A stretch of 48,642 nucleotides of DNA, from contig MU006127.1 in the NCBI GenBank assembly GCA_010093705.1, positions 1-48,642 of the forward strand, given 5' to 3'. The notes beneath the pieces were generated by a model. That model saw only the letters and a list, made by a program, of their open reading frames with translations. It was not told the DNA's origin and searched no databases. This DNA is from Patellaria atrata CBS 101060 (lineage: Eukaryota). This document shows positions 36,820-45,888 of the stretch, one piece after another. Every line of letters starts with the position of its first letter. Position 1 is the first letter of the stretch. Position numbers and translations under genes: made by a program.

Positions 36820-37952
36820 ATGGCTCCGTGGAAGCTCAAAGTTGCTGCTTCAGGACTTGGACGCATGGCGCTCTCGTTATGCTCTCCATTTCCTCAACCG
36901 TACCCCACGTGCAGAGCTTGTTGCTGCATTCTTTCCAGATCCGAAGGAAATTGGTTGGGGTCGTCAACATCTTGAGCCTTACAAAGTAACGTTGTATATT
37001 AACTATGACGAGATGCCAAAACACGAGGGGTTGGAAGCTGTGGTGATCGCGACTGTCACTACCGTACATGCAGAGCAATCTATCAAGGCAATTGAGAAGG
37101 ACCTACATTTACTCTGTGAAAATCCTTTGAGCACTAGCGTCGAGATCATACGTGTCCCATTAGACAAACCCTCAGAGTTGGAGCAAAGATGACAAATCAT
37201 TGAGGATGGTAGTCCCAGCAAGTAGACGACGCGGTGAAGAAGAAACACTATTTGAAGGTCATGTGTGGCCTCTCACGTCGTTTCGATGCCAGTTATCGCG
37301 ACGCCTAGGAAAGGGTGGGTAACGGATCTATTGGACGACCATCTGTCTTCGGTTCACAGACGTGTGATTAATTAGACCCCAACGGATTCTCCGTCCAGTA
37401 GTCGTAATTTAGTGGAGGAATATTCGTGGGTTGTAATGTCCATGATATCGACCTCGTACTCTGGTTCTTCGGACAGGATGGTATTGTTAAGAGTGTCACC
37501 GGTATCGGTATTACAGCTGTTCAGCCCGAACTCAAGAAGTATGGAGATTTCGACATGGCGTTGGCCTCATCGAGTTTTGGGGCGGTAAGATCGCTTACAT
37601 CTACTCGAGTCGTTTGATGGCCGCTGGACAGCACGATACGACTGAGATCATAGAAACTGAAGGCAAACTTACAGTTAACGACCGTCCAGCTAGCTCTTTA
37701 GTCGAGATGCATGAAGCTTCGGGTGTAGGGAGGGGGATCTCGCAACACTACTATGGACGGTTCGAGCAGGCATTCGTGACGGAAGCTAATGAATTCGCGG
37801 CAGCATGCCTGGATAACACGGGGTTGCCCCTTAAGTTATCGGGAGCGGTACAGGCCATCAAGATCGGGTGTGCCTTACAGGAGAGCTTGAGGTCTGGGAA
37901 GAAGATCTCTTTCGATGAGACTGGAAACATTATCGAGGAGGCGAAGTTATAG
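36820..37952 (+). pseudogene. Gfo/Idh/MocA oxidoreductase (myo-inositol 2-dehydrogenase-like) pseudogene
   Basis: Reconstructs as KLKVAASGLGRM / RYALHFLNRTPRAELVAAF / LLCENPLS / VMCGLSRRFDASYRDA / SGGIFVGCNVHDIDL / YYGRFEQAFVTE. Lesions: +1 frameshift about 36868-36874, intron donor ATACGT instead of GT at 37148, stops at 37306, 37369, 37399 and 37405, -1 frameshift about 37555, CEKP motif changed to CENP. Confidence 0.9.
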
Positions 37953-38978
37953 AACTAGAGCTTTGCAATTCAGACAAGGTGAAGCGTGTGGGCTCTTACC
38001 CAAAAGTTCTCCCCAAAAGAAACCTATCAGGTTTCAAGTACAGATAATAGAGAAAGATGGATTTATAATTAATACTCCTGCCACTGATAGTAGTTTAGGG
38101 ATTGAAGGTTGAGGAGTTTGATAACAAGAGATGCATACTTCTACCTATGATCCACCTTACTTGTTCTCCCTTGACTTCAGTTTCAGTGTAGACCTTCATT
38201 AGCACCTTGTCCTACATGTCAATGACACGTCTATTTGTCTTTTGGCAGCTTCGATAGCTACCGTCGATCACCTGACAGCTTTGAGTCTTATGTGTTAGAA
38301 CATGAGACAACAGAGCCTGCTATCCCCCTCGAGGGTGTATGTGATATCTCATATCACTGCTTGCTAAAGGTCACGACTGATATTTTCGTGCTTAACGTAT
38401 TGCCATAATATTTTGAAATCCCTTTTCATTCAAATAAAAGATGAAGTGATAAGTTGTGTTGGTGTGGTACCGGCCTACTGGAACCAAGCTTCGCGATCAA
38501 CTCCGAGCATCTGCTTCGTGGACCTCTCCAGGCTCTCCAATCAAAAAGGGTAAAAAAGCACCACCTGCGTCGATAGGGCCTTGTTACATCTCTGCGAACC
38601 TTTTACCTACATCCTAAATCTCACTCGTGCACGGCACACTTGACCCTCTCAGTCATCCATTGTTCCATTCTTTTGGTGGGGACATCTAGCACATGTCTAC
38701 AATCCTTCGGGGTATTTTTCATCACCCCAGAATCCCTCCAAACTGGCCTCTGAATCATTTCTTATTCCTAACGCGAGACTTATCCCGAAAGCGTGGCTGT
38801 TCGGATAGAAGCCGGAAGGCAGCCCATTGTATATACCCTACCGGAGGCAATCGAACTCCAAACCTACCCAAACACTGCTTCTGACGGAACGGTCATCCTA
38901 TCATCCGAACGAGAGTTACAAGCTAAGAGTAAGCGCAAGCGGCGGGAGAAGCTCCAGCGGCTTCTTGATGAAGCAGAC

Positions 38979-41758
38979 ATGAAGTTCTCCCACAGCATCC
39001 AGTTTAATGCGGTCCCAGATTGGAGTACCCACTATATCGCATACAGTAATCTCAAAAAGCTGTAAGCTCTCCCGAGTTCACAGGCGCCGGCAACAGAGCC
39101 ATATGCTGATAATTTTGTCTCACTTAGAATATACTCACTCGAGAAGCAAATACATCAGAATGCTGGAACTGGTTCTACGGACGCCGAATCCTCACCTCTC
39201 CTTGATGGCTCCATCGATGACCCGGACAAGGTATTCACAAGCGCCTTAGATAACGAACTAGAAAAGATAAGCTCCTTTTATCAACTAAAGGAGCTTGAAA
39301 TCCTTGGAGAAGTAGACTCACTGCTGAAAGATGAAGAGGAGTATGAACATGAACAGGAGAGCGTGGAGATCGAACAGACACAGGGACCCCCTGGATCCCG
39401 TGGAATGAATAGGAGTGGAAGAGCGAGGACCGGCAGTATATTTGGAAACTTCGGTTTCAGACGGTCGAGCATGAGTAGATCCCGAGATCTAGAAGACGAT
39501 GGAGACAGCGATGACGATGATGACGAGCGTTCAGCTTTAACCAGATCAAAGATAAGAGAACGTCAATCGACATGGGACTCTCAGCATGACGAACTGCGGA
39601 ACTCCACTGGAAATGTTTCCAGGCGAAGAGAGAGCAATGCGGATGATTTTGTCGAACACTCCTTTGCCTCTTTATATGATACAGGTCTCACGTTGAAGAA
39701 GCGGATAGTTAGCCTATACGTCTCCTTATGCGAACTAAGGTCCTTCATCCAACTGAATAAGACGGGCTTCACCAAGGTGCTCAAGAAGTACGACAAGATC
39801 TTGGACCGGGATCTCAAATCATCTTACCTTAACGAAAAGGTCAATTCAGCGCAAGTGTTCCAGAAAAATACAATGAACCGTCTATCAGAGAAGCTGGAAA
39901 AGGTCGAACACGCTTATGCGAATGTCGTAACCAAGGGCGATATAGCGGAAGCAAAACGTGAACTACGATTACATCTTCGAGAACATGTAGTCTGGGAACG
40001 AAATACGGTTTGGAGGGAAATGATAGGTATTGAGAGAAAAGCGCAAGCTGCAAATATGGGTATCAAACAGACTGTGCTTGGGCATAGTATCGATCCGCGC
40101 GAAGCTGTCCTACAGGGAGATGACCCTCATCCTAACGTGAAAGAGATATCCACTCCTATCGGACGATATACGTGTCCGACCTGGTTACTGAGCCCTACAT
40201 TCTATACGCTCGTCGTAATACTGGCAATTTTCTTTATTCTCTTGTTCATACCGTTAGACCTTTCTCGAGAGCAACAAAACTGTTTGGCTATGGTAGTCTT
40301 CGTTAGTTTGCTATGGGCCACAGAGGTGAATTCTCATAAGCGTCCTCTTGCGGCTCTGACGACTAAGTATATTCACAGGCTATCCCTCTCTTCGTAACAT
40401 CAATGGCGGTACCATTTCTAGTCGTGGTCCTGCGCGTCGTAAGATCTGATCAGAAGCCGCACAATCGGCTGGACTCGAAGCGGGCCGCAAGCTACATTTT
40501 CGGAGCTATGTGGACTCCTGTGATAATGCTACTTTTAGGTGGTTTTACCATCGCTGCTGCGTTATCAAAATACAACATCGCTAAAATGATGGCAACGTTT
40601 GTCCTCAGCAAAGCAGGTACGAAACCAAGGACAGTGCTTCTCACCAGCATGTTCGTAGCCATGTTTGCCAGTATGTGGATTAGCAACGTTGCTGCTCCTG
40701 TGCTATGTTTCTCTATCATTCAGGTATATGTAAAAGTTCATACATTGTGTAGTACTCGTGCTAACCATGTTATAGCCAATCCTCCGCAACCTTCCAGCGG
40801 ATTCCAACATGTCTAAAGCTCTCCTCCTTGGCATTGCACTCTCTTCCAACATCGGTGGTGCAGCTTCCCCCATTGCTTCACCACAAAATCTTATTGCTCT
40901 CCAGAACATGGAACCTCAACCCGGTTGGGGTATCTGGTTCTTCATTGCGCTTCCAATCTGTATCATCTCAATCGTACTGATCTGGCTCCTACTCCTCGTA
41001 ACATTCAAACCAGGCCATAAAACCACGATTGTCCCTATCAGGCCAATGAAAGACAGATTTTCCGGAATTCAATGGTTTGTTAGCATAGTCACTGTAGCCA
41101 CTATTGTCTTGTGGTGCGTTTCACATCAGCTTGAGCCTGTCTTCGGAGATATGGGCGTCATAGCCATAATTCCTATTGTTCTTTTCTTTGGCACTGGGGT
41201 GCTCACAAAGGAAGACTTTAACAATTTCTTGTGGACTATCATCATCCTAGCAGCTGGCGGCTTGGCCCTAGGGAAGGCTGTCAATAGCTCGGGGTTGCTT
41301 CACACAATAGCGGGCAGTATCACAGCGAGTGTAGAAGGATACAGCCTTTATAGCGTCCTCCTCGTCTTTACGTCCCTGATCTTAGTTATCGCCACCTTTA
41401 TATCCCACACCGTTGCCGCTCTTATAGTACTACCTCTCGTACAGACAGTAGGTCAGGGTATGAGCGAGCCACATCCGAATCTACTGGTCATGGGTAGTGT
41501 GTTGATGTGTTCGGCGGCTATGGGGCTGCCGACCAGTGGATTTCCGAACATGAGTAAGTGCTATCTGATACTTATTCTTGGTGAAGATGTTTTTAGCTGA
41601 CAGGACTTCTAGCGGCTATAATGATGGAGGATTCTCAGACGGGCCAGAGATATCTTCAAGTCAAACATTTTATCACGAGAGGGGTACCCAGTTCGATCCT
41701 CACGTTTGTGGTTGTCATTTCTTTAGGCTATGGGCTCATGATTGCGGCCGGGCTGTAG
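38979..41758 (+). CDS. PHO91: SPX-domain low-affinity/vacuolar phosphate transporter (Pho91/Pho87/Pho90 family, SLC13/CitMHS fold); exons 38979-39061, 39128-40325, 40379-40723, 40776-41553, 41613-41758
   Basis: SPX start MKFSHSIQFNAVPDWSTHYIAYSNLKK, ELRSFIQLNKTGFTKVLKKYDK, LREHVVWERNTVWREMIG, LWATEAIPLFVTS, SMWISNVAAP, SNIGGAASPIASPQN, GLPTSGFPNM. The exact paralogue is uncertain. Confidence 0.9.
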
Positions 41759-42316
41759 ATGGGAGGGGAGGGTTGATTTCAAGTATGCTATTTTCCAAAC
41801 ACCTATAAAGCGTAAGAAGAGGGCGTTGAAACCTTTGGAATATAAAATCCTGAGGTGTTCTGATTTGTACAACATATTACCGATTGTACCTTTTGAGTGG
41901 CAGTGTGTAGGTGAATCTCAACATTTTGTATTGAAAAAGTGCCTTAAAGTATCAACAACCGCGAGTTTAGTATTCTCAGCTCTGTTATCAAGAAATTCGC
42001 TTCTACAAGTCCCAGAATCCTTGAATATCTAATTTGTTGCATTCACATGTTTGTTATTCAGTCGGACGAGATAGCGGGGTGGTAGGGAGCTCCGCCACAT
42101 GATAGGCCGGAATGCACATTCCCAAGACGCCAGCCCTCCCACTCAATATAGTTACATTCACTTACAATAGCTTTTATTGTCGCTATTGTACTCCGTTACC
42201 TATTATCTTCGCTTGAGACATCACTTCTTACTCTTTCTTCGTTGAGATGTCCTCTTCTTTTCTTCTTCATCTTCATTTTACCCATCTTCTTCATCTGTCT
42301 ACTGGTCTTTGCAAAG

Positions 42317-43752
42317 ATGAGCTCACCACCAACTCCTCCGAGTGATCCACTCACACCCCCATCTCGTTCCCCGCATCGTATGTTTTTCGATTCACCATTT
42401 TCTGATTATTATACCGAGTCGTCGCATTCGCACTCCTCGTATCATTCGTCACCCCTCAAGCACTTTCCGGAACTGCAGTCGCAAATCCAGTTAGCACTTT
42501 TAAACAAGCTATCACAGCTCGAGCAGCGCATATCGCAAAATGAACCATCTATCCGCACCTCAGACCTTCTTCATGAGCGCATCGATGCTTTAGAAGCTGT
42601 CCTTACCGCACCCGAAAGTCAAAGTCGTCTCCCCGCAGATGTTGTTGATTCCGGTCTTTTCCTTGAAGATGGCGATATTGGTGGCATGGGACTGGACGAT
42701 TCAATGGGATCTGATGTTACTTATCTCATGAGGAAGATCCGGGAGGCACAAGATGGTAATGCGTCGCACAATGAGGAAATCTGCAAGCAAGCACAAGACC
42801 TCTGCACTAATCTGTCAGTCGCTGTGAAACAACTCCAGCAGAGATTCGATGAAATCAAGGTGAGACATAATTGAACCATACACTGTGATTGCATTTCTAA
42901 TTATATAAACAACAGCTTCTACGAGAATCAACTTCCGACTCTATCTCTACCGCCGAAAAGACTATTGAAGACCTCCGTGAAAGCAATAAGAAGCTCAAGT
43001 TGGACCTCAGTCACAATCAAGCTGAACTCTATTCTCTTAAGGTTCGACTTGAATCCATCAAAATTCAAGCAGCTCGTTCCGACTTGAGCAGTGATTCCGA
43101 AGCTTCTCTTGAGCGTAATATCAATCAATGGAAAGAGGATTGGAAAAAGGCCGAAGAAAGAGTCAAATATCGTAACCGCACATCCCGTCTTCGTCCTAAA
43201 GGCCGCGCCGGTGCAACGCGTCGCTCTACGGCAGCAAGCTTCGGTGGAATCCAATGGGGTACGGGAACAATTTCAGGTCACTCTTCTTCGAAACGTCACA
43301 CCAATGCAAGACGTTTTTCTACCCCGTCAACCTTCAGTGGAATTCAATTAGGCACTGAACAAGTATCAACCTTTTCCTCCCCGAAACCCGAATTTGCTAG
43401 ACCGTCATGTAAGAATTCCATGACCACACGCACGGCTAAGTCAGGATCGTGTACAGCAACGAAGGGCAACAGCATCTCCAATATTTCTTCACTAGTACCT
43501 GAAAACTCTCCGGAATTATCTTTGGAACCGGAATTAGTGAAGCAAGATAATGAAGGTCACAGCAAGGTCGATGCTCTTTTCGCGGAAATTTGCGATATCA
43601 TCGGAAACGACAACAGTCTTTCGCTTTCTGAAGAAGACAAAGAGGAAGAGGTGGAATCTATCCCCGAAAAGACTCCTTGGCAAGAACTTTGGGACGGTCT
43701 GAAAGAATTTGCTGGCGTGGAGCAATATCTCAATGATGCCGAGTCTTTTTGA
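42317..43752 (+). CDS. Hypothetical coiled-coil protein; exons 42317-42859, 42916-43752
   Basis: Two ORFs joined in frame by intron 42860-42915 (GTGAGA...CTAAT...CAG). Heptad-like central region, Ser/Thr-rich tail, and a C-terminal amphipathic motif KTPWQELWDGLKEFAG. Confidence 0.75.
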
Positions 43753-44525
43753 CTGTTTTAGGACCACTGGATGTTGAAGTATGTGGAGTCGAACGTTACG
43801 CATTATGAATAGGCATTTAATGGTATGGTTATATGGATTATGATGGCGCAACTTCAGGATCATGGAGACTTCGTCTTTTGGGTCTCTTAGATACACTTTC
43901 TGGTGTTGGGTGGTCTAGTCTACTCAAGCATGATACTTTGGATTGGCATAACTATGAAGTAAATGCCGGTTACATGTTAAACGATTATTTTATACAAGAG
44001 ATAATACTTTACTTGAATTATAACTTACTATAATATAATATCTATAGTGATTAAAACGTCTATAATAATAGTATTAGCTTTTATAAACTTTATAAATATA
44101 AAATAATTTTTTAAACTTTATTATTTTTATTTTTCTATTATTCTTTTTTATTTTATCTTTAATTTATAATTTTATTCTATATTTATAATATTTAAATATA
44201 AAATATTTTATTTTATTTTATTTAATTTAAATAAAATATAAAGATTTATTTATAAATAATTAAAATTAAAATTAAAATAATAATAATTAATTAATTAATT
44301 ATAAAAATTATATATAAAAAATATTAAAATAAATTATAATTATATTAAATTATTAATTAATATTTTATTTAAAAATTTATTATTTTTATATTTTATATTT
44401 TTATTTATATTATAAAATTAATATATAATTTAATAATTAATATAATTATAATTATTTTTTAATATATTTTTATATATTTTTAAAAAAAATCTTTTAAAAA
44501 ATAAAATTTATATAATTAATTAAAA

Positions 44526-45888
44526 ATTATTAAATATTATAAAATTTTTTAATAAAAATAATTTATTATAAAAAATATTAAATAAATTATTATTAAATAA
44601 AGAATTTAAATAATTTATATTTATATTAAATTTAAAAGTCTTTTTTAAATTCTTTTTATATATTTAAATATTATATTTAATTTTTTTATAATTTCTATAA
44701 TATTATATAATTAATTAAATTATTTTATAATTATTATTATTTTAAATCTTTTTTAATTATTAAAATATTATAAATATTTTAATAAATATTTTTATTAATA
44801 TTTTATTATATTATTATATTAAATTTACTTTTATTTATATATTTTTCTTTTAATAATTATTATTATTTACTTTTTAAATTTAATAATATAAATATTTATA
44901 AATATATTTTTATATACTATTAATTTAATTTTTTTTATAAATTATATAAATTTAAATTAAATTATAATAAAATTTTAATAATAAAATTTTATATAAATTT
45001 TAATTATAATTTCAATTTAAATATATTATTTAAAATCTTTAATTATTATAATATTTATAATAATAAAAATTTTAATAAAATATATAAATATATTTTAAAA
45101 TAATTTAATATTATTTATATATTAATAAAAATAAAATTTTATATTTTAAAAATTTTATAATAATTTTTTTTTAAAAATATATTAATATAAAATATTATTA
45201 AATATTATATATTATTAAATATTATATATTATTAAATATTATAGAATTTTTTAATATAAATAATTTATTATAAAAAATATTAAATTAATTATTATTAAAT
45301 AAAGAATTTATATAATTTATATTTATATTAAATTTAAAAGTTACTTTTAAATTCTTTTTATATATTTAAATATTATATTTAATTTCTTTATAATTTTTAT
45401 AATATTATATAATTAATTTTATTATTTTATAATTATTATTATTTTAAATTTTCTTTAATTATTAAAATATTATAAATATTTTAATAAATATTTTTATTAA
45501 TATTTTATTATATTATTATACTAAATTTATTTTTATTTATATATATTTTTTTTTAATTATTATTATTAATTATTTTTTTAATTTAATAATATAAATATTT
45601 ATAAATATATTTTTATATATTATTAATTTAATTTTTTTTTATAAATTATATAAATTTAAATTAAATTATAATAAATAATTTAATAATAAAATTTTATATA
45701 AACTTTAATTATAATTATAATTATAATATATTATTTAAAATTTTTAATTATTATAATATTTATAATAATAAAAATTTTAATAAAATATATAAATATATTT
45801 TAAAATAATTTAATATTTTTTATATATTAATAAAGATAAAATTTAATATTTTAAAAATTTTATAATAATTTTTCTTTATAAATATATT
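44526..45888 (+). repeat. Tandem direct repeat, two copies of about 660 bp (about 44526-45185 and 45228-45888), period about 702-705 bp
   Basis: Shared anchors: aaataaagaattta (G at 44602 and 45304), tttaaaagt (G at 44638 and 45340), aaattctttttatatatttaaatattatattt, and tataataatttt at 45156 and 45861. Confidence 0.85.
45194..45244 (+). repeat. 17-bp minisatellite (attattaaatattatat) x3 at the junction of the two long repeats
   Basis: Copies start at 45194, 45211 and 45228; the last ends ...atag. Confidence 0.8.

Noticed and set aside
30094..37952. Stop-codon readthrough, alternative genetic code or A-to-I editing rescuing the two pseudogenes
   Set aside because: All three stop types occur, along with frameshifts, a lost GT donor and changes in conserved motifs. 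Neighbouring genes use the standard code.
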